A stretch of DNA of 64,000 nt from Candidatus Latescibacterota bacterium (GCA_965207885.1 OZ242311.1:4928001-4992000); one strand, 5' to 3'. Counted from the first letter of the stretch, positions 1 through 10,599 are shown. The notes: a model not told the origin generated them from the letters alone. Program-made: numbers and translations.

Positions 1-2
1 GT

Positions 3-509
3 GCATTTGGCGGATCGGCCGGAGCACAAATTTGCATGTATCTTGCTTTTCACGAAGACATGGCCCGTCCAGACAGCGGTGATCCAATCGAACGCGAATC
101 TACCAGACTTCAGGCCGTGGCTACATCTGGCGGTCAGACCACGATGGACGTTGCCTGGTGGAAGAAGAATATTCCTGGATACGCCGAATCCCATCGAGAT
201 TTTTATCAGACATTGGGCGCAACGACCCAGGAAGAATATCAGAATCGCGTAAGCGAGATTTCGGCGCTTGATCTGGTATCAAAGGACGACCCCGCTATTT
301 ATATGAGTTATAGAATGTCACCGAAAGACCCTGTGCCAGAAGGACAGACTGCTCGTGGTTGGAAAGTGCATCACGTGCAGTTTGGTGTTGCTTTAAAAGA
401 AAAAATGGCAGCGCTTGGTATAGAATCTGATCTGGTTTATCCAGGTTCAAAAAATAAATATCAAAGCAATGTTGACTACTTTATCTCAATGTTAAAAAAT
501 AGGAAATAG
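3..509 (+). CDS. alpha/beta hydrolase (esterase), 5' end outside window
   Basis: Frame is open from the window edge and reads AFGGSAGAQIC (G-x-S-x-G nucleophile elbow) upstream of the ORF-track start at 36. Confidence 0.75.
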   Translation, partial: AFGGSAGAQICMYLAFHEDMARPDSGDPIERESTRLQAVATSGGQTTMDVAWWKKNIPGYAESHRDFYQTLGATTQEEYQNRVSEISALDLVSKDDPAIYMSYRMSPKDPVPEGQTARGWKVHHVQFGVALKEKMAALGIESDLVYPGSKNKYQSNVDYFISMLKNRK

Positions 510-624
510 ACGAATTTGAGGCACCAGTTTGGCCCTTTTTTCTTTGACAAGTCGCTCTTGGAGCGCAATTATAGGGGTTGTAAAAATGCAGATTCAATGT
601 TTAAAGATATTTACGAGGTGATCA

Positions 625-1122
625 ATGGCTTTCAAGACCACTGATTTGTGCGATGAACACGAAACCGACCCGGCACTTCAAGTTGCCGAGCCGATATTCA
701 ACGACTACGGCGGTGTTACGGCATTTTGCGGTCCGATTGCCACGGTCAAAGTTCACGAAGACAATGTGCTCGTGCGCGAGATACTCGAAACGCCGGGCGA
801 GGGGCGCGTTCTCGTCGTCGATGGCGAGGGTTCGATGTGGTGCGCGCTTTTGGGGGATATGGTCGCTGAAATCGCCAGCGACAACGGCTGGTCGGGGATT
901 GTCATAAATGGCGGTGTGCGCGATGTGTCTGAACTTGCACAAATTGAAATAGGCGTCAAAGCGCGTTTTGCTGTGCCGCGCCGCAGCCGAAAAGAAGGCA
1001 AGGGCCGCCAGGATACGCCTCTTGCTTTTGCCGGTGTCGCCTTTCTTCCGGGCGATTATCTCTACGCCGATGAAGACGGTATTTTGATTGCCACGCGAGA
1101 TTTGTTAGAAGCGCAGGATTGA
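625..1122 (+). CDS. rraA: RraA family / HMG-aldolase-like protein
   Basis: TTDLCD N-terminus, F-G-x-I-x-TVK..EDN, VLVVDG, ALLGD, GGVRD, FLPGDYLYADEDG motifs; GAGG RBS. Confidence 0.9.
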   Translation: MAFKTTDLCDEHETDPALQVAEPIFNDYGGVTAFCGPIATVKVHEDNVLVREILETPGEGRVLVVDGEGSMWCALLGDMVAEIASDNGWSGIVINGGVRDVSELAQIEIGVKARFAVPRRSRKEGKGRQDTPLAFAGVAFLPGDYLYADEDGILIATRDLLEAQD

Positions 1123-1156
1123 CTTGCAATACAACCCTTACACTATGGAGACAACT

Positions 1157-2524
1157 ATGCCGCAGACAGATCGACCCAATATTCTCTTTATTATGGACGA
1201 CCAGCATCGTTTTGATTATATGGGCTGTGCAGGTGCTGATTTTGTTCGCACGCCCAATATTGACCGCCTGGCAAAGCAGGGGGTGCATTTTACTCAATGC
1301 ACGACAAATTGCCCTGTTTGCGCACCTTCGCGCATTGCACTGGCTTCTGGCATGCAGCCCTCGCGCCTCGGTTGCGTTGGGAACAATTGCTTCTTGCCTC
1401 GCAGCCAACCGACTTATTACCAGCAATTGCGCGATTACAATTATTACGTGGGTTGTGTGGGTAAGCTCGATCTGGCCAAACCCGATGGGTACAACGGACG
1501 CGATGGCGATAGGCCAGCTACGTATATGTGGGGCTTTACTCATCCGGTCGAATGCGAGGGCAAAATGCACGCTGGGCACTCCAAAACACCGCAGGGTCCT
1601 TATAACCACTTTTTGGAGGAAAGAGGGTTGCTCGGTGCTTTTGTCGATGATTATACCCGTCGCTCCAACGAGGGTTATCACGCTTCCTGTCACGATTCGG
1701 TCTTACCCACCGAAGCTTTTGAGGATGTGTATATTGGGCAGCGATCTGTCGAGTGGATTGAGAATATTCCCGGGGATTTTCCCTGGCATTTATTTGTGAG
1801 CTTTGTGGGGCCTCACGATCCTTTTGATCCGCCAGCCGAATACGGGGAGAAGTACCGCGATGCAGAGATGCCACCCGCTACGCCTGCAAATTTGCCGGGT
1901 AAGCCCGCTTACTTGAAAGATCGCATCAAAGACATGACCCCTGAAAAAATCGCAGAGACCCGACGGCAATATTGCGCGGCAATTGAAGTTATTGACGATC
2001 AGATCGGCGAGATGCTCGCGGCAGTAGAACGGCGGGGGATGACCGATAATACGTATGTTATCTTTTCCAGTGACCACGGAGAAATGCTGGGCGATCACGG
2101 TTTGTACACCAAAAGCGTGCCTTACGAAGCATCGGTACATGTTCCGCTCATTGTTGCGGGTCCCGGTATTGAAGGCGGTCGCGTCTCAGATGCTCTTGTT
2201 GAACTCATTGACATGAATCCAACGATATGTGATCTCGCTAGCGTGCCTCCGCTTTCGGATATCGATGCGCGATCAATTGGCGCGGTGCTTCGCAGAGAGG
2301 CAGAGGAACACCGCACGGAAACCGTGAGTGGCATACAAAATTTCAGGTGTATCCGTACGCGGGAGTACAAATTGGTCGAGAACTACAACGATGTTACGGA
2401 ACTCTACGATTTGATTGCAGATCCGACAGAAGAACACAATATTGCCGAACAGGAGCCAGAGGTACGGCGCGAATTGTCTCGCCGTCTCTCAGCGCGTTAT
2501 TTAGAAGGCACATGGTATCGGTAG
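1157..2524 (+). CDS. Cys-type sulfatase
   Basis: RPNILFIMDDQHR, CAPSR (CxPxR), SDHGEMLGDHG; start placed after GGAG at 1147-1150. Confidence 0.92.
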   Translation: MPQTDRPNILFIMDDQHRFDYMGCAGADFVRTPNIDRLAKQGVHFTQCTTNCPVCAPSRIALASGMQPSRLGCVGNNCFLPRSQPTYYQQLRDYNYYVGCVGKLDLAKPDGYNGRDGDRPATYMWGFTHPVECEGKMHAGHSKTPQGPYNHFLEERGLLGAFVDDYTRRSNEGYHASCHDSVLPTEAFEDVYIGQRSVEWIENIPGDFPWHLFVSFVGPHDPFDPPAEYGEKYRDAEMPPATPANLPGKPAYLKDRIKDMTPEKIAETRRQYCAAIEVIDDQIGEMLAAVERRGMTDNTYVIFSSDHGEMLGDHGLYTKSVPYEASVHVPLIVAGPGIEGGRVSDALVELIDMNPTICDLASVPPLSDIDARSIGAVLRREAEEHRTETVSGIQNFRCIRTREYKLVENYNDVTELYDLIADPTEEHNIAEQEPEVRRELSRRLSARYLEGTWYR

Positions 2525-2533
2525 GAGGGAATC

Positions 2534-3517
2534 GTGAAATACACCAAACTGCCCGGCACGGATATCGATGTTTCCGTTATTGCTCTGGGCTGCTGGCCTT
2601 TTGCTGGTGGTGATGTTTGGGGAGAGCAAGACGACGATGTGTCTATCGCGACGGTGCATGCCGCACTCGATGCGGGTATTACCTTTTTTGATACGGCAGA
2701 AGGCTATGGTAAGTCCGAGCGCGTGCTGGGACAGGGTCTCAAAGGTCGTCGGCAAGACGCGGTGATTGCCACCAAAGTTGGCGGCGGTCATCTTTCTTCC
2801 GATGATTTGCCCAGAGCCTGCGAACAGAGCTTGAAAAGTCTGCAAACAGATTATATCGATCTATACCAAATTCACTGGCCCAATCACAATATTCCCATCG
2901 CAGAAACAGCAAGCGCGCTTCAGCGTCTCCGCGATCAGGGAAAAATTCGGGCTATTGGCGTTTGCAATTTTGCTTGCGGCGATTTGCGCGACTTGCTCGC
3001 TGTTGTCGATATTGTCACCAATCAGTTGTCTTTTAGTTTGCTCTGGCGCATTATTGAACGCGAGATTCAGCCGATGTGTTTGGAAAACAATATTGGCATT
3101 ATCTGTTATAGCCCGCTGATGCAGGGGTTGCTTACCGGACGTTATGCCTCTGCGGATGATGTGCCAGATGGTCTGGCGCGAACCCGCCTGTTTTCGGATG
3201 ACCGCCCCATGGCCAGACACGGTGAAGAAGGCTGTGAGGCCGAAGTGTTTGACGCGCTGGAAAAAATTCGCGATGTTGCCGATGAAGCAGGCGTGGCAAT
3301 GGCAGAGATTGCCCTTGCCTGGGCACTACAACAACCCGGTATTACATCGCTTCTGGTGGGCGCGAGAAATCCCGATGAAGTGCAATGGAATCTCCCTTCG
3401 GTTGATCTCGCATTGTCAGAAGATATATTGCAACGCTTATCTGAAATTACAGAGGGTGTTAAAGACAAACTCGGCAATAATCCCGATATGTGGATGTCGG
3501 AGTCGAGGATGAGGTAG
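2534..3517 (+). CDS. aldo/keto reductase
   Basis: FFDTAEGYG, IATK, DYIDLYQIHWP, YSPLMQGLL. Confidence 0.93.
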   Translation: MKYTKLPGTDIDVSVIALGCWPFAGGDVWGEQDDDVSIATVHAALDAGITFFDTAEGYGKSERVLGQGLKGRRQDAVIATKVGGGHLSSDDLPRACEQSLKSLQTDYIDLYQIHWPNHNIPIAETASALQRLRDQGKIRAIGVCNFACGDLRDLLAVVDIVTNQLSFSLLWRIIEREIQPMCLENNIGIICYSPLMQGLLTGRYASADDVPDGLARTRLFSDDRPMARHGEEGCEAEVFDALEKIRDVADEAGVAMAEIALAWALQQPGITSLLVGARNPDEVQWNLPSVDLALSEDILQRLSEITEGVKDKLGNNPDMWMSESRMR

Positions 3518-3592
3518 TTTTTCGAAACAAATTTTACTCGTATTTGTCTCATTTTTTAGATACGCTACGTTAAAGACGATCAGGAGGCTCTC

Positions 3593-3940
3593 ATGGCTCA
3601 TCTTCAGATTGACGACCCAGAAACATTTTTTCGCACATTTGCAGATCTTTTGGCTGCTGGCGAAGACGACAAGCACATGGCCCGAAAATTGGGATGCTCG
3701 CGGGGCGAAAGCAAGCGCAGGCGACAGGCATTTCAAAAAGGGGGCATTGTGACTGAAAAAGGCGTATCGAAAGAAAAATTGGATGCGTGGCTGTCTTCAA
3801 GTGACGGCCAGCGCGCACAACGCCAGTGGGAAGGCCATCACAAGCGTCAACAAGCTATGGGAGCAACGGGTACCAAACCGCAAAAGGGATTTCGCAGACA
3901 GCCCGAAGTCAAGCGCGGTTGGATGCGGCAAAAGATTTGA
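3593..3940 (+). CDS. small basic hypothetical protein, possible helix-turn-helix
   Basis: AGGAGG RBS; KHMARKLGCSRGESKRR resembles an HTH; Lys/Arg/Gln-rich tail. Confidence 0.65.
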   Translation: MAHLQIDDPETFFRTFADLLAAGEDDKHMARKLGCSRGESKRRRQAFQKGGIVTEKGVSKEKLDAWLSSSDGQRAQRQWEGHHKRQQAMGATGTKPQKGFRRQPEVKRGWMRQKI

Positions 3941-3960
3941 GGTAGTACAATACCATCAAA

Positions 3961-3997
3961 ATAAAAGGCCGATGGGCAATGTCCATCGGCCTTTTAT
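3961..3997. terminator. bidirectional intrinsic terminator
   Basis: ATAAAAGGCCGATGG-loop-CCATCGGCCTTTTAT between convergent genes. Confidence 0.85.
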
Positions 3998-4010
3998 ATT
4001 TCTATATCTC

Positions 4011-4985
4011 TCATCGGTCGTCGCGTTTTAAGTCCAGCCAATTGAGTTCTTCTGGTGTGAGTTTTAAGTTGAGGGCTTCGATATTGGCCTTGCACTCATC
4101 GGGATGGAATACGCCGATGAGTGAAAAGAGATTCAGGGGCTGATTCAGGTTAAATGCCAGCGCGATTTGTGGCACGGTTAGCCCTTTTTCTTTTGCCAAT
4201 TCTCCCGCGCGGTCCAGGCGTTTGAAATTTTGTTCGTAACAATAGGCTTCAACACAAGAGCCGGGCAGGTTTGCCTTGTAGTCTTCAAAGGTTTCGCGCG
4301 TGAATCTGCCTGAGAAAAATCCCTGTGCGAGACTCGACCAGGTAAACAGGGGCATGTTTTGTTCCGCATACCACGCGCGGTCCGCCTCGTTGTTGGGCCC
4401 ACTGATGCTGATACAGCCTCTCCAGGGTTCTTTCACTTGTTCTGCAAGGCTGTAATTGGGACTGCTCACGGTAAATGGTTCCAGGTTGTGCTTATATGCG
4501 TATTCATTGGCTTCTTGAATGCGCGGCACTGTCCAGTTCGATCCGCCAAATAGTCCGATTCGACCCGCTGCTTTGTGTTCGTTTAGTATCTCTACTATGG
4601 GACCAACTTCGACATTGGGATCGTCGCGGTGCAATACGTAGATGTCGATAAAATTCGTTCGGCAACGTTCCAATGACGTGGTCAGGTCTGCCGTAATATC
4701 AGGCGGGGTGACTTTATTTTTGTTTCCAGTGTGGTGCGCCCCCTTTGTTAAGATGACGGCTTCTTCGAATATGCCGCGCTCGTCGAGCCATTGGCCCAGA
4801 ACACGCTCACACTGCCCGCCGCCGTAAATATATGCTCCGTCAAAGCCGTTGACGCCGAGTGCCCATACGCCGTCTAACAGGTCAAATGATTCTTGCAGGT
4901 GATCTTCGCGCAACATCATTGTACCTTGCAAAATGCGCGAAACTTTTTTGTTCATTCCTTCAATTGTGCCGTATTCCATTGGCAT
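4011..4985 (-). CDS. aldo/keto reductase
   Basis: DGAYIYGGG, ILTKG, IDIYVLHRDD, WSSLAQGFF. Confidence 0.9.
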   Translation of the reverse strand: MPMEYGTIEGMNKKVSRILQGTMMLREDHLQESFDLLDGVWALGVNGFDGAYIYGGGQCERVLGQWLDERGIFEEAVILTKGAHHTGNKNKVTPPDITADLTTSLERCRTNFIDIYVLHRDDPNVEVGPIVEILNEHKAAGRIGLFGGSNWTVPRIQEANEYAYKHNLEPFTVSSPNYSLAEQVKEPWRGCISISGPNNEADRAWYAEQNMPLFTWSSLAQGFFSGRFTRETFEDYKANLPGSCVEAYCYEQNFKRLDRAGELAKEKGLTVPQIALAFNLNQPLNLFSLIGVFHPDECKANIEALNLKLTPEELNWLDLKRDDR

Positions 4986-4989
4986 AATA

Positions 4990-5976
4990 TTATTTCCTTT
5001 CCATCGGATATTTCAATCCCCATTGTTCTCGAATCGCGTCCAGGGTCTGCATATTGGCAAGTGTATCATTGTGTGACATGAGATCGCTTTCCAGCTTGCC
5101 TTCTCTTACGCAGCGGGCCACTTCGGCAGCTTCACACTCGTATCCATTGCCAGCGCATTCCAGTGTCACCTCTTCTTCTTTGTCGCCTGTAGATAGGATT
5201 GCCGTGCGTCCATCCCAAAACCGCGGTACGGTGATCATGCCATCTGTGCCGAGGATTTTTGCCTCGTGCGGGGTCTTGATTCGCACGCCGCATGAAATCA
5301 ATGCGAGTTGCCCTTTGTCGTAGCCAAATACTATAGCCGCCTGTTCATCTACTCCGGTTTCGCCAATATGCGCCTGGCTCGAAATGGTGGCGGGTTGTGT
5401 GTCGAAGATCATGGACGCATAGGAGATGGGGTAGATACCGATATCGAGCAGGCCGCCGCCGCCGAGTGCGAGATCGAATAAGCGTCCTTTGGGATTGATA
5501 CGGGCGCGAAATCCAAAATCGGCGTATAACATCCGAACTTCGCCAATTGCGCCGTCTGTGACCCACGCCTTTACCTGTTGGGTGATGGGCAAAAAACGGG
5601 TCCACATGGCTTCCATCAAAAACACGCCTTCGCCGCGGGCGACTTCGATAACTTCTATGGCTTCGTGCTGGTTGATTGTAAATGGTTTTTCGCACAACAC
5701 GGGCTTGCCCGCTTTCAGGCATGAGATGCTGTTCTCTTTGTGAAAGGGGTGGGGCGTTGCCACATAAACAGCATCGACTTCTGGATCTTCGGCGAGTGCT
5801 TCATAAGAGGCGTGGCGATTGGGTACATCATACGCATCGGCAAAGGCGTCGGCGCGTTCCTGACTGCGCGATCCCACAGCGACGATTTGTGCATCGTCGA
5901 GGGCGCGCAATCCCGTGGCGAACTTGTGTGCGATACTACCGGGACCGATAATGCCCCAGCGGAAAATATTACCCAT
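4990..5976 (-). CDS. Gfo/Idh/MocA oxidoreductase
   Basis: WGIIGPGSIA, VYVATPH, LCEKP, GGGLLDIGIY. Confidence 0.93.
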   Translation of the reverse strand: MGNIFRWGIIGPGSIAHKFATGLRALDDAQIVAVGSRSQERADAFADAYDVPNRHASYEALAEDPEVDAVYVATPHPFHKENSISCLKAGKPVLCEKPFTINQHEAIEVIEVARGEGVFLMEAMWTRFLPITQQVKAWVTDGAIGEVRMLYADFGFRARINPKGRLFDLALGGGGLLDIGIYPISYASMIFDTQPATISSQAHIGETGVDEQAAIVFGYDKGQLALISCGVRIKTPHEAKILGTDGMITVPRFWDGRTAILSTGDKEEEVTLECAGNGYECEAAEVARCVREGKLESDLMSHNDTLANMQTLDAIREQWGLKYPMERK

Positions 5977-5993
5977 TGTTTATCCTCTTCTGA

Positions 5994-6722
5994 TTATGAG
6001 GTGAAATATAGAACGTATAAAATCATGCGCACGGCGAGGAGGGTTATCAACCACCTCAAAAGTACGCGAAAATGGTGCTCGGGCACGCGCCCGCGAATCA
6101 GGGTTCCCAGATAAGATCCAAGAGATGCCGAAGCGATCATGCCAATGACCAATTTCCAATAGGGTGCAAAGGCAAATCCCAAAAACCCAAATGTCAAAAT
6201 TTTCATCGCATGGCTCGATGCCATCTGTACCGAATGCGTGATTACCATGCGATCTCGGGGCAGGTTTTCTCGCAAGAGAAATGGCATATTGAGCGGACCA
6301 CTTACACCGAAAAAAAGGGATAATGCCGTTTGAAAAGCACCCAGAAGTGTGAATTTTGCGGGTATATCGGGCGTGCGAGAAAATTTGGGCATCCACGTAA
6401 TGAGTAAAATAAAAATACCCAAAAAGAGGGGCATGGTATCCCATTCAATGTCGGCAATAAAACGAGAACCCAACACGGCGCCAATCACTGTTCCGATTGC
6501 GTATTGCCCCACAAGACGCCATTCGGTATGCTTGAGGCCAATGAGCGCGCGGCTCAAATTGCTGGCAATTTGCACCAGTCCGTGAACCGGGATAATCGCT
6601 GCTGAGGGGAGAAAACCCGGCATAATCGCAATGAGTACAACGCCGCCGCCAACGCCCCCCACAGCCGCGATCATTGATGTTATACACGCCGCCCCAATTA
6701 AAAACCAATCCGCTATTGCCAT
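5994..6722 (-). CDS. TauE/SafE family membrane exporter
   Basis: GxGGG after the first TM helix, multiple TM segments, GxSGP in the second half. Confidence 0.85.
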   Translation of the reverse strand: MAIADWFLIGAACITSMIAAVGGVGGGVVLIAIMPGFLPSAAIIPVHGLVQIASNLSRALIGLKHTEWRLVGQYAIGTVIGAVLGSRFIADIEWDTMPLFLGIFILLITWMPKFSRTPDIPAKFTLLGAFQTALSLFFGVSGPLNMPFLLRENLPRDRMVITHSVQMASSHAMKILTFGFLGFAFAPYWKLVIGMIASASLGSYLGTLIRGRVPEHHFRVLLRWLITLLAVRMILYVLYFTS

Positions 6723-6729
6723 GCACTTA

Positions 6730-8166
6730 TCACCAGGTCATATAATGCGTTACAGGTTCGCCCTGTTTGGCGGTAAAGCGATCATAACGCGGATGGATGA
6801 AATCTTCGGTTGCATCCATGTGGGCGTAAAAAGCCCGCGTCATCTCTTTCCTTTTTTGCGGCTGTGTATCGTATAAGTTGTCCAATTCAAAGGGATCGTC
6901 GATTAAATTGTACAACTCGCCGTAATTTTTTGCCGGGTAGTGAATATATTTCCATTCCCGCGTGCGGATGCAGCGTTTATCGACCGCTTCGGCAAAAATT
7001 ACGTCTCGTATTTCCGATTGTTCGCCATTCATCAGCGGTGATAAATCCGTGCCCTGCACGCATTCGGGCGCGTCAAAACCCGATAGCTGCGCGATTGTGG
7101 GAAATAGATCCACGGTTTCGATCAGGGCGTCGTAGTCGCCGCCTGCACGACCGGGTATAGCGATAAAACACGGTATATGTAACATGCAGTCGAGGAGAAA
7201 TGGCGCTTTGGCCGGGATACCGTGATCGCCTAAAAATTCACCGTGGTCCGATAGAAAGACCACGATGGTCTCATCTGCTATGCCTTTCTTTTCAAGTGTT
7301 TCAAGGATTAGACCCACTTGATGGTCAATTTGCGAGACCATGCCGTAATACGCCGCCTTCATCTTGCGAAATGTCTCGTCGGAAGCCTGGTCAAATCCGC
7401 GGTATTTGTGGTGTTCTGCTTTGAAATACAAACCGTATTCGGGCGGCTTTTTTGCAATGTCGTTTTCTGCACGTCGAAAGGGTGGCATCGCATCGGGATC
7501 GTACATATTTGCAAAGCGTCCAGAGGGAACATAAGGGTGATGAGGTCCGTAGAATCCCACCCATAAGAAAAAGGGATTGCCCGTATCCAGACCTTTGAGG
7601 TATTCAATGCTTTTCATTCCCACATAGGCATTGATGTGGCAATCTTCGGGGAGATCGGATGGCACGGCGCCGAGGTTTTTGCGAAAATTGGGCAGGGCGT
7701 ATCCCGTTTTATACTCGTATCCCCGGTCGCGAACATATTGCTCAAATGGATTGGGATCGGTGACTGTATAATTTCCATCTGCGCGCTCTTTCCATCCCCG
7801 CCGTATTCCCACGGCGTCCATGTGGTCGAGTATCTGTTGAAAACGCTGCTGCCCAATGCCGTGTTTGCCCACGCTGGCGGTTGTATAGCCCTGATTTTTG
7901 AATGCTTCTACCATTGTAATTTCATTTTCGTTGAGCTTTGACCCATTCCATTTTACGCCGTGATTTTTGGGATAACGCCCGGTCATGAATGTCGCACGCG
8001 ATGGTGAACACACGGGATTTTGCACAAAGCATTTTGAAAATCGCGTACTCTTTTCAGATAAGGCATCAATCGCAGGCGTTTGTATGACGCGATCCCCTGT
8101 GCATCCCAGCGTATCATACCGCAAATGGTCTGTTGTGATAAATACAATATTGGGTCGTTTAATCAT
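6730..8166 (-). CDS. Cys-type sulfatase
   Basis: RPNIVFITTDHLR, CSPSR, GKH, SDHGEFLGDHG. Confidence 0.92.
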   Translation of the reverse strand: MIKRPNIVFITTDHLRYDTLGCTGDRVIQTPAIDALSEKSTRFSKCFVQNPVCSPSRATFMTGRYPKNHGVKWNGSKLNENEITMVEAFKNQGYTTASVGKHGIGQQRFQQILDHMDAVGIRRGWKERADGNYTVTDPNPFEQYVRDRGYEYKTGYALPNFRKNLGAVPSDLPEDCHINAYVGMKSIEYLKGLDTGNPFFLWVGFYGPHHPYVPSGRFANMYDPDAMPPFRRAENDIAKKPPEYGLYFKAEHHKYRGFDQASDETFRKMKAAYYGMVSQIDHQVGLILETLEKKGIADETIVVFLSDHGEFLGDHGIPAKAPFLLDCMLHIPCFIAIPGRAGGDYDALIETVDLFPTIAQLSGFDAPECVQGTDLSPLMNGEQSEIRDVIFAEAVDKRCIRTREWKYIHYPAKNYGELYNLIDDPFELDNLYDTQPQKRKEMTRAFYAHMDATEDFIHPRYDRFTAKQGEPVTHYMTW

Positions 8167-8174
8167 CGCATACC

Positions 8175-8915
8175 TCATAGCAAATCATTGCTTAAAATTG
8201 TTGGGCACCAGAATTTTTCAATAAACGAGATTACCAATTGCGTGCCCGCTTCATGGCTCACATAAGGCGGCTTTGCGGGGTTGTACATCGCGTCGGTCAA
8301 ATCTCGAATTAGCGCGACCTGAATACCCCAGCGCGTCATTTGTTTGATTGCAAATGTGCGATGCAATACGCACATGTTGGTATGCACACCCATGATGAGC
8401 ATTTTGTCGATTTCCCGGTGCTGCATATAGCTGTAAATTTCTTGTCCCTGATCGGAAATAATATCCCGTTCCTGGTCAATATCTATCCCCGCGTGTTGTC
8501 GCGTCCAGACCTGCGTGTTAATTTTTTTGGGGTCTTCACCCGTGTCTGACCCACCATCTGAATCGTCAATTGGCAGTGGGGGATCAGCGAGATCCAAATT
8601 TTCAGGCGGTTCAACGGGTGGGACATCCAATACCCGTCTCCGCGCAGGCGTATTGGCATAAACATCGAGCGTGCCCGAGGGTGCGTGAATAATGGTCACA
8701 CCTTGCTTGCGCGCACTTTGCACAACGGCGTTCATGCGGGGGATCATTGCCTCCAATCGCTCGACTGCACCGCGACACCAGTGGTTGTTCCACACATCGC
8801 ATAATAACAGGACTGTTTGCTCGGGAGGCCAATAGACGCGTTCTGTTATTGTTTCCCAAACTGTGTGTTCACTGTCGTCCCACAATAAGGTCTGATGCTG
8901 CACGGTTAGATTCAT
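8175..8915 (-). CDS. isochorismatase-like cysteine hydrolase
   Basis: LLCDVWNNHWC, IIHAPS, GVHTNMCV; start moved to MNLTV after GGAG. Confidence 0.8.
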   Translation of the reverse strand: MNLTVQHQTLLWDDSEHTVWETITERVYWPPEQTVLLLCDVWNNHWCRGAVERLEAMIPRMNAVVQSARKQGVTIIHAPSGTLDVYANTPARRRVLDVPPVEPPENLDLADPPLPIDDSDGGSDTGEDPKKINTQVWTRQHAGIDIDQERDIISDQGQEIYSYMQHREIDKMLIMGVHTNMCVLHRTFAIKQMTRWGIQVALIRDLTDAMYNPAKPPYVSHEAGTQLVISFIEKFWCPTILSNDLL

Positions 8916-8935
8916 GGTGCTCTCCATATCAAAGA

Positions 8936-9757
8936 TCAGGTTTCCCACACCAACCGAGGCCCCTCGTCCATCCCGCATACCACCCCCAATTGTCTTTCGC
9001 GCTGATAGCCCAGACAATGAGAAATATACGTCACACCCTCGATTTCTCGACACCGATTGCGATGCTGATGGCCGTATATGTGAATCGATGAACCGAGTTT
9101 TCGCAATAGGCGATCTAAGGCTCTTGTGCCAGCCACCCGACTGAAATTGAAATTCGACGCGCTCGTCAATGGGCGCGGGCGGGGAGGGGAATGGGACCTG
9201 CCAAAGATCAACTCCCGTCTGGGCAAAAAGTGGCTAAAGGTAATGACTGGCCCATCGCCCTGAACAGGCGCGGTATTTTGGGCGAGCATATAGCGTGCAA
9301 TGGGTCGCTCACCCTCGGTCCAGCGAATCAGACGGTTGTCCGCCCACATGTGCAAGGCTGCGTCTTCTCCTTCCTGGGGCACGTACAAACTGTCGGTACT
9401 TTCTTCGGGTTTTTCATACCACGACAAAAGCGGTACAATTTGTACACCCGGCAATTGCGCCCACGAGGTTTCTATGTCCAACACGTTGCACAAAGCCATA
9501 AGCGCGTGGAATTTCTCCAACGAGTCACATCGCTCATTGGGCCTCACCCACAAATCGTGATTGCCCGGTACAAAAAAAACGCGTGCAAATTTTTGCTTCA
9601 GTTCGCACAGGGTATCGCGCATCGGGTCGGCGCGGTCAGTTACATCTCCGGCCACAATCACCACATCATCGGTAAAATCGCAATTGGAAAGCCGCTGCAC
9701 CCACCGATGGTTTTCCTTGTAATCGATGTGCAAATCAGAAATGGCAAAAACGCGCAT
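8936..9757 (-). CDS. calcineurin-like metallophosphoesterase
   Basis: SDLH, AGDV, PGNHD, FSHF, YGHQH. Confidence 0.9.
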   Translation of the reverse strand: MRVFAISDLHIDYKENHRWVQRLSNCDFTDDVVIVAGDVTDRADPMRDTLCELKQKFARVFFVPGNHDLWVRPNERCDSLEKFHALMALCNVLDIETSWAQLPGVQIVPLLSWYEKPEESTDSLYVPQEGEDAALHMWADNRLIRWTEGERPIARYMLAQNTAPVQGDGPVITFSHFLPRRELIFGRSHSPPRPRPLTSASNFNFSRVAGTRALDRLLRKLGSSIHIYGHQHRNRCREIEGVTYISHCLGYQRERQLGVVCGMDEGPRLVWET

Positions 9758-9804
9758 GGGTTATCCAGTTGAAATAGCCATAAAAATCACAAAAGAAATC
9801 GCGC

Positions 9805-10599
9805 TCAATACCTCACATCGACCAGCCACGCGCTTTTGGGATTTTTTTCCCAGTATTGGCGCAATACCTGTTCGTTTGGACAAAATTCACCGCGATAGGC
9901 GACTCCACCATGAGAAATATTAAAGCTCATGGCGACTTCATCTTCGCCCGCATCAACCCAGTGGGGCGTTAATAACTGGTTCCACAGCAAATCCCCGGGT
10001 TGCATGTCATAGGTCAAGATATCTACCGGATCTATTTGGGGAATATCAATGCGCGTAACGCCCGTTTGATCTTCCACGAGTTTCTGAACAGGTTCGCGTT
10101 TTTCCGGTTCCAAAAACCCGTGAAAGTGTTTTTCCCCATAAACTTGCCACGCGAGTACATGCGAAGAATCTGCGTGATAGGTCGAACTGCACCCTTTTCC
10201 AGAGATAAATATAATGGGATAACATCTTTGCCACGTAAATCCGAGTTGAGAGAGGAATGTGCGCCAGGGAATCATCACACATTCTTGAAAGTGTTCGAGA
10301 AATTGTCCTGCGCCATAAAAATTTTGCAGATGAAAATGCGCCAGACTAATCGGCATTTCGACGGCTTTTTCTATGGGTGCAGCCTTAAACTTTTCGACCA
10401 GATTATTTTGCTCTGCATCGCTCAAGCTGTCATCTAAAAATTGAATGCGCGCCTCGGAATTGCGCCGCAAAATATCTATAATTTCTTCGGCGGAGATGAG
10501 TGGCATTTCAAATTTGAACAACGCAGAATGGATAAGAAAATTTCGTTCGCCATTCCAGAACTGGCGAAACTCGTCTCCTGTCCTGGCAATCAGGTGCAT
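9805..10599 (-). CDS. JmjC/cupin-like Fe(II)/2-oxoglutarate oxygenase
   Basis: YHAD (HxD), LAWQVYGEK, PGDLLW..TPHWV distal His. Confidence 0.75.
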   Translation of the reverse strand: MHLIARTGDEFRQFWNGERNFLIHSALFKFEMPLISAEEIIDILRRNSEARIQFLDDSLSDAEQNNLVEKFKAAPIEKAVEMPISLAHFHLQNFYGAGQFLEHFQECVMIPWRTFLSQLGFTWQRCYPIIFISGKGCSSTYHADSSHVLAWQVYGEKHFHGFLEPEKREPVQKLVEDQTGVTRIDIPQIDPVDILTYDMQPGDLLWNQLLTPHWVDAGEDEVAMSFNISHGGVAYRGEFCPNEQVLRQYWEKNPKSAWLVDVRY

